Shown here piece by piece: positions 20,478 to 30,274 of a DNA stretch of 64,000 bases (positions within the stretch are counted from its first letter, which is position 1; each line of letters opens with the position of its first letter). This DNA is from an uncultured Clostridia bacterium (GTDB lineage: Bacteria; Bacillota_I; Bacilli_A; RF39; UBA660), in NCBI GenBank assembly GCA_948433435.1, contig CAOJDX010000004.1:1058-65057 (forward strand), given 5' to 3'. The position numbers were made by a program, and so were the translations under genes. Under the pieces are notes generated by a model. The model made no database searches and was not told where the DNA came from. It saw nothing but the letters and a program-made list of their open reading frames with translations.

Positions 20478-21638
20478 GTGAGCGAGATGATAAAAAATAT
20501 TTTATTATTTACTTATGGAGATTCCAATAATCCTAGTACATGGTCTAACGTACCATACTTATTTACGAATACTTTAGAGGAAAAAGGTTATCATGTAATT
20601 AGAGTAGATATGTCTACCAAAAGAACCATCTTTTCTTTAGCATATACCTTATTTATGAAAATCATCAAGCCTTCAACTACTTATTATTATGTCAAAAGTA
20701 AAAGAAATAGGAAACTAGTTGAAGATAAAATCAGACAAGCAGTAGAAAAATATGATGATATAGTAGATTTATATATAAGCATCAGTTTTGATTTTTCTCC
20801 TTCTATGTTTACTAGAAAAAAAGTTTTATTAATATCAGATTGGCCAATAGAATATGCTATAGAAAGAAGGTTTAACCGAACTCCTGATTGGTTAGAAAAA
20901 AAAGACATTAAAAGACATCAGGAAGTAATTGAAAAAGCAACTTACAGAGTTTCCCTTTTTCAAGATGTAGCAAACTATATGAATGAAAAGTATAAAAGTA
21001 AAACAATATACTTAGGTGGTTTAATCAATAGCTTTTATCCAATAGAAGGTTTTGAACGTATTGACCATAGGAATAAGATAACCTTTATCGGAAAAAAATC
21101 GTATTATCAGTCTGCCAAAGAATTAATCACCGCTTTCAATCATTTAGATCAAGCCTTGATTCAAAAGAAAAAAATAGAATTACATATTATAGGAATGACC
21201 AAAGACGATTTTAAAGATACCAAAAATCAAAATATTTATTTTCACGGTTATTTAGATAAAGGCCAAAAAGAGCAGAGAGAAAAATATTACAACATTTTAA
21301 AAGATACTATGGTAATTGTTAACACCTCTGATAAATGGGCTGGAATGTCTTCCATTATTGAATCAATGTATTATTATCGACCAATTATTACCTCTAAGTA
21401 TGAAGAGTATGTAAAAACATTCACAGACAAAATAGACTTTGGCTATTATTGCGATAATCAAGCTTCTGAAATTCAAAAATGCTTAGAGAAAATTTTAAGC
21501 TTAGATAAAAAAAAATATCAAAAAATGGCTCAGGCATCACATGAAGCGGTTAAAGAATTTACTTATGACACCTATATAGACAAAATATTAAATTTAGTAA
21601 CAGATGAAAAAGACAAAAAAAAGGCAAAAACTCTTTAA
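20478..21638 (+). CDS. Hypothetical cytoplasmic protein, possibly a GT-B-fold transferase
   Basis: 386 aa, no TM. Located within the glycan locus. Only weak resemblance to GT-B N-terminal domains. Confidence 0.35.
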   Translation: MSEMIKNILLFTYGDSNNPSTWSNVPYLFTNTLEEKGYHVIRVDMSTKRTIFSLAYTLFMKIIKPSTTYYYVKSKRNRKLVEDKIRQAVEKYDDIVDLYISISFDFSPSMFTRKKVLLISDWPIEYAIERRFNRTPDWLEKKDIKRHQEVIEKATYRVSLFQDVANYMNEKYKSKTIYLGGLINSFYPIEGFERIDHRNKITFIGKKSYYQSAKELITAFNHLDQALIQKKKIELHIIGMTKDDFKDTKNQNIYFHGYLDKGQKEQREKYYNILKDTMVIVNTSDKWAGMSSIIESMYYYRPIITSKYEEYVKTFTDKIDFGYYCDNQASEIQKCLEKILSLDKKKYQKMAQASHEAVKEFTYDTYIDKILNLVTDEKDKKKAKTL

Positions 21639-21657
21639 AGAGCTTTTGCTTTTTTTA
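21622..21657. terminator. Bidirectional terminator between convergent genes
   Basis: Near-palindrome gcaaaaactcttt/aaagagcttttgc flanked by a T-run. Confidence 0.5.
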
Positions 21658-22533
21658 TTTGAACTTTACTTTCAAAAGTATCCAAAAGGTGATTCCTGCT
21701 GGTAAAAATAAAATTGTCAACCATTTATTTTTACTTTTTTTAATGATTTGTCGAACAGAAATATGAGCAATAAGGGAAAACCCATCATATAAAATAGCAT
21801 TTTTAACTCTAATAGAAAGTTTAAATCTTTTAAGTAGAAACATATTGGCATTTTCTGCCGCTCCCCATGGACTATAATAACGCATTTTTAAACTACTTTT
21901 AGATAAACCATCTTCTAAATAGTCAGCCATATAAATAGGTTCGTTAATATAGATAGTATCAAAGTCCAAAGCAATTTGATTCCAAACAATTGCTTCACTT
22001 AAAAACCGTTCATTAGGAAAAATAGGAAAAGGATATTTTTTTAAAACATCTGTTTTGAATACTTCACACATATCACCAAGTAGATTTTTATTATATCGAA
22101 AATCTATATGATTAGACCTTACTTCACTTTCAGTATACTTTTTACCAATTACCTCTTGATTAGGAAATATCTTTAGAAAAGATAAACAAGCAATTTGCAA
22201 ATCATTTTCATAAGTCAGCCATTTCCGATGAACAAGTTCGACACAATTAGGAAGTAATTCATCATCACTATCCAAAATTAGGGTATACTTCGACTTTATT
22301 TTTTTTATGCCATAATTTAAAGCAGTATGTTTTCCACCATTATCTTTATAATAATACCTAATTTTAATTTTTTTTTCACGAATAAAACTTTTAATTAGTG
22401 TCTCAGTCTCATCCGTTGAACCATCATCTATAATCAACCACTCAAAATCTTTATCAGTTTGTTGTAATAAACTTTGATAAGCCTTTTGAATGATATATTT
22501 TCTATTATATGTTGGAGTTAATATGGTAATCAT
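21655..22533 (-). CDS. GT2 glycosyltransferase
   Basis: ITILTPTYNR...IIDDGSTDET...DSDD motifs. Confidence 0.8.
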   Translation of the reverse strand: MITILTPTYNRKYIIQKAYQSLLQQTDKDFEWLIIDDGSTDETETLIKSFIREKKIKIRYYYKDNGGKHTALNYGIKKIKSKYTLILDSDDELLPNCVELVHRKWLTYENDLQIACLSFLKIFPNQEVIGKKYTESEVRSNHIDFRYNKNLLGDMCEVFKTDVLKKYPFPIFPNERFLSEAIVWNQIALDFDTIYINEPIYMADYLEDGLSKSSLKMRYYSPWGAAENANMFLLKRFKLSIRVKNAILYDGFSLIAHISVRQIIKKSKNKWLTILFLPAGITFWILLKVKFK

Positions 22534-22544
22534 CTAATCACTTC

Positions 22545-23579
22545 CTAATTTAATATATCATTATATATCATTTCTATTTTTTTTCCATAAGCTTTGATAT
22601 CAGTGAATTTTTTGATCAGATCCTGACAATCTTTAGTATAATCTTTAGGGGAAAGTTCTAACAAAGTTAGAATACATTGAACATAGTCATTTTTCACTTG
22701 GCAAATATATTTCGGATATTGTTTAAACATGTCTTGTAATCCTCCAACACCACTATTTACTACAGGAACACTTAAAATCAGTGCCTCGATAACAGACATT
22801 GGAAGCCCCTCAAATTTAGAAGGTAAAACAGCAATTTTAGAATTTTTAATATAAGGAAAAGGGTTGTTCACGAAGCCAATCATATCAATATTATTCGTTA
22901 ACTGCTCATACTTAACTTTTTCTATACAAGCCTCATATAACTCTCCTTGACCAATGATAGCAGCCTTAATATTAGGATGCTTTTTTTTAATTTCTTTAAT
23001 AATATCGATGAATAATAAGGGTTGTTTTAAATCAATAAGTCTTCCTACAAAAATTAAGTCATAGGAAACAGTATCAAATTCTTCACTAAGTTTGATTACT
23101 TTTTTTGGATCCACAACATTGTCAAGAATAATAGTTTTTGGTGCGATTTTTTTTCCAAAAGAAGCATCTGTAAGTATTTCTTTGGAAACAACAATAACTT
23201 TACTAAACTTCTTTTGTACAAATCGATAAAGAAAGGATACTATAGATTTTAACTTTAAAAGTTTATAGTTACAATGCAAATGAGAGATTATTTTTACTTC
23301 ATTATCCAAAAAAGATGCAAGAAAGCTAGCCTTAAAATCATGAGCATGGATAATATCGATTTGATATTCTTGAATAACTTTTCTCAAAAAAGAAACAGAC
23401 TTTTTTGCAAGAGGAATATATGAAATCTTTTGCTCTCGTAAAACATTTTCCACTTCTCCTGGGGGGCAACAATAATAAGAAATAACATTAGTATTTTGAA
23501 TAATTGTACAAGCTACATTCTCTGCTCCTGAATATTGAGTACTAAACAATAGATGTAGAATTCTTTTTTTCTTTTCCAT
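22545..23579 (-). CDS. GT4 (group 1) glycosyltransferase
   Basis: 344 aa. N-terminal GT4-like RILHLLFSTQYSGAEN and C-terminal EGLPMSVIEAL. Confidence 0.75.
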   Translation of the reverse strand: MEKKKRILHLLFSTQYSGAENVACTIIQNTNVISYYCCPPGEVENVLREQKISYIPLAKKSVSFLRKVIQEYQIDIIHAHDFKASFLASFLDNEVKIISHLHCNYKLLKLKSIVSFLYRFVQKKFSKVIVVSKEILTDASFGKKIAPKTIILDNVVDPKKVIKLSEEFDTVSYDLIFVGRLIDLKQPLLFIDIIKEIKKKHPNIKAAIIGQGELYEACIEKVKYEQLTNNIDMIGFVNNPFPYIKNSKIAVLPSKFEGLPMSVIEALILSVPVVNSGVGGLQDMFKQYPKYICQVKNDYVQCILTLLELSPKDYTKDCQDLIKKFTDIKAYGKKIEMIYNDILN

Positions 23580-23657
23580 ATTTTACCTCTTCCCAATCCT
23601 TATAAATTTAATATACTAAAAACTAAATGATATATTAAATTATACCATCTTCTATTA

Positions 23658-23686
23658 TTGCTGTAAATTAGATGTTATGATATAAT
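23658..23686 (+). promoter_or_regulatory. Sigma-A-type promoter for the ChW/GH25 gene
   Basis: TTGCTG, 17 nt spacer, TATAAT. Confidence 0.5.
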
Positions 23687-23744
23687 GAAAAAGAAATAAA
23701 TAATAATTAAGGAAAATAAAATAGCAGAATAGGGAGTTGAAAAA

Positions 23745-26441
23745 ATGAAAAAAAAATTGAACATTATCTTCTGTTTAATTAGTATAATTTCTATCATATC
23801 AGTAAACCCAGCCTTCGTCTATGCTTTAGAGAATAACTCAGAAAACATTACTAACAATTCAGAAAATAAAATAAATATGAATTTTAATTATAAATTTGAT
23901 ATAAGAGAAACACTTAATGTTTTATATAAAAATAGGAAAATAGAAGATTATCTACAAAAAGTGATTCAAGAAAAAAATGGAATAGAATACCAAATAAATA
24001 TAAATTTATCAGATACTCAACAATCTGGAACATATACCTTAAGTAAAAATAATGAGCAAAAGTCAGCTATTTTTACCTATGAATATACAGAAGAATTTGA
24101 AGTGAATTTAGGTAATCAGGATAAACTTACTTCGATCAAAAATTATATAAAAGAAAATATTGAAGTAATAGAAGACATTTCAGTAGTAAACAAGGTAGAT
24201 GACTTATATACAGTTACAATAGGTGAGAATACTCATGACTTTAAAGTCATCTTTAATGAAAACCTTAAAAAGGAAGAAGTTGAGCCTAAATTTGCAGAAG
24301 AAAATCCAACTGATTACTCTATAGTACCATATGCTCAAACGAATGATGTACCAACAGTTTCCTATTCTACTCATGTAGAAACTCATGGTTGGCAAAATTA
24401 TATAGAAAATGGAGCCTTAGGAGGAACTACTGGAGAGGGAAAAAGATTAGAAGCAATAAAAATAAAATTAAGTAATGTTAATAATTTATCTGGGAGCATT
24501 GAATATCAGACCCATGTAGAAAGTATAGGTTGGCAAAGTTATGTAGCTAACGATGCTTTAGCAGGAACTACCAATCAAGCCAAACAATTAGAAGCGATTA
24601 GAATTAGACTAACAGACGAATTAGCAGCCAACTATGATATTTACTATCGTGTACATGTCAGTGAAATTGGCTGGCTAGATTGGGCTAGTAATGGAAAAAT
24701 TGCCGGTACTGTAGGTTATGGCAAACAACTAGAAGCTATTGAAATAAGAATAGTTAAAAAAGGAGAGTCAGCACCTGGAGCTATAACGAAACCAAGTATT
24801 CAAAAACCACTAACTATTTTCTATTCTACTCATGTAGAAACCTATGGCTGGCAAGACTATGTAGAAAACGGAGCCTTAGGAGGAACTACTGGAGAGGGAA
24901 AAAGATTAGAGGCTATTAAAATAAAACTCTTAAATCAAAATGATTTATCAGGAAATATCGAATACCAAACCCATGTAGAAAGTATTGGCTGGCAAAATTT
25001 TGTAGCCAATGATGCTTTAGCAGGAACCGAAAATCAGGCCAAACAATTAGAAGCGATTAGAATTAGACTAACAGACGAATTAGCAGCTAACTATGATATT
25101 TACTATCGTGTACATGTCAGTGAAATTGGTTGGTTAAACTGGGCTAGTAATGGGGCAGAATCCGGAACTTCAGGCTTCGGAAAACAATTAGAAGCTATTG
25201 AAATAAAGCTTCAGAAAAAAGGAGAGCCAGCTCTTGATAATGGAGGTAATGCCTATATCGAAAAAGGGGATGATATTACCTATAGTGCCCATGTGTCAAC
25301 AATCGGGTGGCAAGATTATGTCGAAAATGGCGATTTAATTGGAACAACTGGAAAGGCTCTACCAATAGAATCTATAAAAATCAACTTAAATGCGACAGTT
25401 TCTGGTAGTGTTAATTATCAGACATATGTTGAAAATGTAGGGTGGCAATCACAAGTTTCTAATAACGAAATATCAGGGACAGTCGGAAAAGGCAAACACA
25501 TAGAAGGAATTAAAATTAATCTGACAGGAGATATTGCTTTATATTATGATGTCTATTATCGGACACATGTTTCGAGTATTGGTTGGCTAGACTGGGCTAG
25601 TAATGGTCAAAAAACAGGAACAAATGGTATTGAACAAGGAATAGAAGCCATTGAAATTTTATTAGTAGCTAAGGGGGCAGAGGCCCCTGGTGATACCACA
25701 ACTACCTACTTAGAAGGAACATGGAAAGAGCAAAATGGGCAAAAATATTATTATAATTATTGGGGTCAAATGGCTGATGACTTTAAAGTCATCGATGGAG
25801 TCAAATATTTCTTTAATTCTTTAGGAGTTTTAATTGGATCAAATGTACAAAAAGTAATAGATATTTCTAAATATCAAGGTAATATAGATTGGGATACATT
25901 AAAAGCCTATGGAAATATTGATGGAGTAATTGTAAGACTATCATCAGGCGTTGGAGAAATAGATCCTTACTTTGCTAGAAATATTGCTGAGCTAAATAGA
26001 GTAGGAATTCCTTACGGAATATATATATATAGTGAAGCTGGAATCAATGGCATAACAGGAGCAGATGAAGCTCAATGGGTTTTAGATATTATCAGAGATC
26101 CAAAGTATAATGTTCATTTGTCTCTACCAATTTATTATGATTTGGAACAATGGGCAAGTAAAAAAAATTCTACTTGGACAGTTAATGAATATAGACCTAT
26201 CGTAGAATCTTTTGATAGAGTAATGACCAGTGCTGGTTTAAATAGCTCATGGGCTATTTATGCTAATAAAAGCTGGGCTGAAAACAAGTTGTATGAATGG
26301 GCTAATAGAATTACTTGGGTAGCTCAATATAATCACTATTGTACATATGATAAAACTTATTATAATATGTGGCAATTTTCATCTACTGAGCAAGTTCCAG
26401 GGATTAATGGTAACGTTGATGTTAATGTTCGTTTTTTATAA
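23745..26441 (+). CDS. Secreted cell-wall hydrolase: signal peptide, N-terminal domain, 9 ChW (clostridial hydrophobic W) repeats in three triplets, one cell-wall-binding-like repeat, and a C-terminal GH25 lysozyme/muramidase domain
   Basis: ChW repeat units Y.THV...GWQ.Y.....AGTTG.GK.LEAI.I.L recur 9 times. C-terminal ...IDISKYQGNIDW...GVIVRLSSG...GIPYGIYIYS is GH25-like. Confidence 0.8.
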   Translation: MKKKLNIIFCLISIISIISVNPAFVYALENNSENITNNSENKINMNFNYKFDIRETLNVLYKNRKIEDYLQKVIQEKNGIEYQININLSDTQQSGTYTLSKNNEQKSAIFTYEYTEEFEVNLGNQDKLTSIKNYIKENIEVIEDISVVNKVDDLYTVTIGENTHDFKVIFNENLKKEEVEPKFAEENPTDYSIVPYAQTNDVPTVSYSTHVETHGWQNYIENGALGGTTGEGKRLEAIKIKLSNVNNLSGSIEYQTHVESIGWQSYVANDALAGTTNQAKQLEAIRIRLTDELAANYDIYYRVHVSEIGWLDWASNGKIAGTVGYGKQLEAIEIRIVKKGESAPGAITKPSIQKPLTIFYSTHVETYGWQDYVENGALGGTTGEGKRLEAIKIKLLNQNDLSGNIEYQTHVESIGWQNFVANDALAGTENQAKQLEAIRIRLTDELAANYDIYYRVHVSEIGWLNWASNGAESGTSGFGKQLEAIEIKLQKKGEPALDNGGNAYIEKGDDITYSAHVSTIGWQDYVENGDLIGTTGKALPIESIKINLNATVSGSVNYQTYVENVGWQSQVSNNEISGTVGKGKHIEGIKINLTGDIALYYDVYYRTHVSSIGWLDWASNGQKTGTNGIEQGIEAIEILLVAKGAEAPGDTTTTYLEGTWKEQNGQKYYYNYWGQMADDFKVIDGVKYFFNSLGVLIGSNVQKVIDISKYQGNIDWDTLKAYGNIDGVIVRLSSGVGEIDPYFARNIAELNRVGIPYGIYIYSEAGINGITGADEAQWVLDIIRDPKYNVHLSLPIYYDLEQWASKKNSTWTVNEYRPIVESFDRVMTSAGLNSSWAIYANKSWAENKLYEWANRITWVAQYNHYCTYDKTYYNMWQFSSTEQVPGINGNVDVNVRFL
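24364..25281. repeat. Two tandem, near-identical 459-bp repeat units inside the ChW/GH25 gene. Each encodes a triplet of ChW repeats. A third, diverged unit follows to about 25700.
   Basis: Unit 1 starts with tattctactcatgtagaaactcatgg at 24364 and unit 2 with tattctactcatgtagaaacctatgg at 24823, an in-frame offset of 459 bp. Long identical stretches include ttagcagc[c/t]aactatgatatttactatcgtgtacatgtcagtgaaattgg. Confidence 0.8.
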
Positions 26442-26480
26442 AAATATTAAAGTAATAGAGTATGAGAAAAGGTAAAATAT

Positions 26481-26954
26481 ATGGAGCAAAATATGGAAAA
26501 AGAAAAAAAAGATACAATTACATTATTAGTACGAGAAACTTTGAAAATATTTCATGTCAAAGTAAGCCAAAAAACAGAACAACTATTAAGTCAAATTTTT
26601 AAATTTTCCATAGTGGGCGTAATAGCCACAATCATAGATTTTGCCTTTTTATATTTTTTTAAAGAGTTTTGTCACTTTAATACAATACTCTCTAACACCT
26701 TATCATTTTGTATTTCGGTAGTTTATAATTATTGGGCTAGTGTAAAGTGGATCTTTGAAGTTAATAAAGAAAAGGATCCTCAAAAAAATTTTACAATATT
26801 TATTTTCTTTAGTATTATCGGTTTAATAATAAATAATATCATTATGTGGTTAGCCACTGATAACCTAAATATTTATTATATGTTATCCAAAGTAATAGCA
26901 ACGATAGTAGTAATGACTTTTAACTTCATAACAAGAAAAAAATTTTTGGAGTAG
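26481..26954 (+). CDS. GtrA-family membrane protein (putative lipid-linked sugar translocase component)
   Basis: 157 aa, 4 TM. FSIVGVIATIIDFAFLYFF is GtrA-like. Confidence 0.65.
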   Translation: MEQNMEKEKKDTITLLVRETLKIFHVKVSQKTEQLLSQIFKFSIVGVIATIIDFAFLYFFKEFCHFNTILSNTLSFCISVVYNYWASVKWIFEVNKEKDPQKNFTIFIFFSIIGLIINNIIMWLATDNLNIYYMLSKVIATIVVMTFNFITRKKFLE

Positions 26955-26961
26955 AGTAAAT

Positions 26962-28314
26962 ATGAATAAACTAATAAAAAAAATCAAAAAAATTGAAACA
27001 GCAAAAATAATAAAATATATACCAATTATCCTGCTAATTACATATTCTTTTATTATACATTTAAAAATTTCTGCAACTTGGGGAGATGATTTATTTTTTG
27101 CAAATCAAAAAGGAAATTTAATTGAAATTTTAACCAATAGATATTACAACTGGACTTCACGAATTTTAATTGAGACTGTTCTAATTTCTATCCTAGCACA
27201 TGCCAGCTTTTTATGGAAAATAATAGATGCTTTAATGTTATTATTAATTTCTTATTCCCTAAATAAAGTATTTAACCAGAAAAAGAGTAGTTTTATAAAC
27301 ATGATGATTGTACTATTATTGATCATTTATCCTTATTCCCAAATGAATAGTGCAGGTTGGGGAGCCACAACAATCAATTATCTTTGGCCCTTAGCCCTAG
27401 CTCTATTTGCCTTAATTCCAATTATGAATGAGGTAAGAAAGAATGATTATAATAAAATAGGCCTACTTGCTTATTTTCCAGCTTTTATCTTTGCAATCAA
27501 TCAAGAACAATTAAGTGTCCTATATTTAGGATTTCTAATCATATTTAATTTTTATGTTTATGTAACAAATAAAAAAATAAATAAGCTACTGTTCTTTTAT
27601 TTAATAATGAATATTATTGCAATAATTTTTATCTTAAAATGTCCCGGTAACATGATAAGACTAAGAGAGGAAACGTTAACTTGGTTTAAAGATTATAACC
27701 AGTTAACAGTAATAGATAAAATAGGCTTATCTTTGAATAATACTTTTGAATTAGTAATAGGTAAAACTAACTATCTATTTATATTAATGTATTCCAGTAT
27801 AACCTATTACCTTTTAAAAAACTCTAAACATAAAAGTTTAAAAATAATATCAATACTTTCTTTATTAGGTACAGTCATAATACCACATTTTGACCTTTTT
27901 ACAATGAATGATATCTATAACAAAAATATTTGGATTTTAAATGAAATGCTAAAGGTTTTACCAATATCTCAAATAGAGTATCTATTTAGTATCGTATTGT
28001 CTATACTATATTTAGTAAACACTATTTTTATACTAAGTGTTATATTCAAGGAAAATAACTATCTAAGAATATTCGTGCCAATCATATTTTTAGCTGGAAT
28101 ATTATCAAGAATGATTATTGGCTTTAGTCCCACACTTTACATCTCCTCGACTAGAACAGCAATTTTTATGTTTTTCAGTTTTATCATGATCACTATTATA
28201 ATATTAAATAGAAGTAAGTTAAACATGCTTGAAAAAAGAGGGATTATACTATACACCATTTTAATTTTACTCTTGGCGAAATTTTTTACAGTCACATTCA
28301 ATATTAGATTATAA
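26962..28314 (+). CDS. Polytopic membrane protein, putative GT-C glycosyltransferase partner of GtrA (GtrC/YfhO-like role)
   Basis: 450 aa, more than 10 TM. Immediately downstream of GtrA. Inferred from context. Confidence 0.4.
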   Translation: MNKLIKKIKKIETAKIIKYIPIILLITYSFIIHLKISATWGDDLFFANQKGNLIEILTNRYYNWTSRILIETVLISILAHASFLWKIIDALMLLLISYSLNKVFNQKKSSFINMMIVLLLIIYPYSQMNSAGWGATTINYLWPLALALFALIPIMNEVRKNDYNKIGLLAYFPAFIFAINQEQLSVLYLGFLIIFNFYVYVTNKKINKLLFFYLIMNIIAIIFILKCPGNMIRLREETLTWFKDYNQLTVIDKIGLSLNNTFELVIGKTNYLFILMYSSITYYLLKNSKHKSLKIISILSLLGTVIIPHFDLFTMNDIYNKNIWILNEMLKVLPISQIEYLFSIVLSILYLVNTIFILSVIFKENNYLRIFVPIIFLAGILSRMIIGFSPTLYISSTRTAIFMFFSFIMITIIILNRSKLNMLEKRGIILYTILILLLAKFFTVTFNIRL

Positions 28315-28449
28315 AATAGAGTTTACTCTATTTTTTTGTTTCAAAATTCAATAGTAATAGAATCAATAAGATGAAGCTTTTAATAATTATCAAAAAGTAG
28401 TATAAAAAAGCAAATTAATGTTACTTTAGAAAATTTTAAAACCACGATT

Positions 28450-28662
28450 AGAGATCCATAGCTGAAAATTCTACAGGTACGGAATCTTTAGTTGAGTATT
28501 ATCAGTCTCTTGTTGACGCAGTATCATATGAAAAATACCTAAACTATAAAAATGATTTAGAAAATAAATATGAAGATATTGGTGATATTCAAGAGGCTAC
28601 TTATGAGATATTTACAGAAATTACTGCTAATGCTGTTGCAGTCATTGCTAAATACTTAGCTT
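28450..28662 (+). pseudogene. Gene remnant: roughly 65-70-codon open frame with no start codon, in a 600-bp intergenic gap
   Basis: Open frame ...STGTESLVEYYQSLVDAVSYEKYLNYKNDLENKYEDIGDIQEATYEIFTEITANAVAVIAKYLA* is preceded by an in-frame TAG and has no ATG/GTG/TTG start with an RBS. Confidence 0.3.
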
Positions 28663-28922
28663 AAACCATAATTACAATAAGGAATTAGAATAAAGGATGA
28701 GAAATTCATCCTTTTTTAGGATTTATAAAAAAACATATAAAGCCTGGATAATAAGAATAAAGCCAATTTATAGTATATATTGGAATATTTATAGAAACTA
28801 ATATTCAGCCAAATATCTAAGTAGAATGTTAAATTTACAGTTCTTTTAAAATTATCATTCATTATTTACACTAAATTTCCAAAAAATGGTATAATTAAAA
28901 CTAAAGATAGGAGAGTGAAAAA

Positions 28923-29603
28923 ATGGAAATTGAAAAAGGTTCTAAAAAGACAACAATGATAATCATCATTTTATTAATCTTAGTAATAGGATTAAGTGGA
29001 TATACTATATATGACCAATTTTTAAGTAAAGAAGAAGATACTACTGTGGAAAAAAGTTCAGTAAATAAAAATAATACTAAAAATGAGTCAGAAAGTGCAA
29101 AAATAAATAATTATGAAGCTTTACTTATAGATAACTCTAATTGCTTAACTGACTGTAATAATATTGAATATACACTAGGTTCCAGTATAGCAGGAGACGG
29201 TATTGAAGTTTGGTTTACTAATAGTAAGGTTAATGTGAATATAAATAGAAACTTATTAAAAAATGAATATGCTTATCAATTTATTTCAAATGAAGATACA
29301 TATACATTTGATTTTACTAAAAAAATACAAGATGTTTTTATAGGTCATATAGGTCAGGATGTATCTATACCTATGCTGTTTATTTTATTAGAAGATGGAA
29401 GTGTACAATATATTGATTTATATAGTAGAATAACCACTGGAGACTCTACTGCAATTGAATTAAGTAATGTTAAGAATGTGATTAAATTTTATTCTGCTCG
29501 AGTTCACGATAAAGGAACCGAATTAAGCGGTATTATAACAGTATTAGCACAAACTTCTAATGGAAGTTTTTATGATCTAAGAAGTATTATATTTAAACAG
29601 TAA
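28923..29603 (+). CDS. Hypothetical secreted or membrane-anchored protein
   Basis: 226 aa, N-terminal TM/signal segment. RBS GGAGAG upstream. Confidence 0.45.
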   Translation: MEIEKGSKKTTMIIIILLILVIGLSGYTIYDQFLSKEEDTTVEKSSVNKNNTKNESESAKINNYEALLIDNSNCLTDCNNIEYTLGSSIAGDGIEVWFTNSKVNVNINRNLLKNEYAYQFISNEDTYTFDFTKKIQDVFIGHIGQDVSIPMLFILLEDGSVQYIDLYSRITTGDSTAIELSNVKNVIKFYSARVHDKGTELSGIITVLAQTSNGSFYDLRSIIFKQ

Positions 29604-29772
29604 TTAGGGGAATTAATAAAGGAAAGAGAAATTGCTCTTTTTTCGTTTTTTATATGTAGTCTAATGAAATATAGAGACTTTACAAATCAACTTAACCAAG
29701 AATATTTCATCTAAATCCTAACTTCCCATAACAATTTAGTATGGAAACAAATAATAGATAATATAATTAAAT

Positions 29773-30135
29773 ATGAATAATACAGAGGAAATGATTAAAG
29801 ACCTAAATACAGAAGACTTTTTATCTAGTATTTTTATTATACTAGGTCTTTTAAGTATTTATGGAGATCAAGTACAAAAAAAGTATATTCAGACAAATAA
29901 CCAAGAGTATCAAAAACAGGCTAATAATATATTTGATACCATCATTTTTATCACTTTTATACTATATATTTTCTTTCTTTATCGTAATTATAAAAATTAT
30001 GAAAAAGCTCCCAAACAAAAAAAAGAGTTATTTCAAGTTCGATTACTTGGTAGTTGTTTTTTTCTAGCAGGCATTCTTTGTACAATGTACTTTCAATTTA
30101 ATAATAGAAACTATGCTGGAGTACCAGAACTATAA
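29773..30135 (+). CDS. Hypothetical small membrane protein
   Basis: 120 aa, 3 hydrophobic segments. Confidence 0.3.
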   Translation: MNNTEEMIKDLNTEDFLSSIFIILGLLSIYGDQVQKKYIQTNNQEYQKQANNIFDTIIFITFILYIFFLYRNYKNYEKAPKQKKELFQVRLLGSCFFLAGILCTMYFQFNNRNYAGVPEL

Positions 30136-30274
30136 AATTTAATTTTACTTTAAGAAACAAGAAGACTATAATATGATTAAGAAGTAAAATGCAACTGAAT
30201 TTATACAAAAAGATACCAAAAATCGATATTGCTACCAATAATATTTATCGTATAATTTTGGTGGAGGTGAAAAT

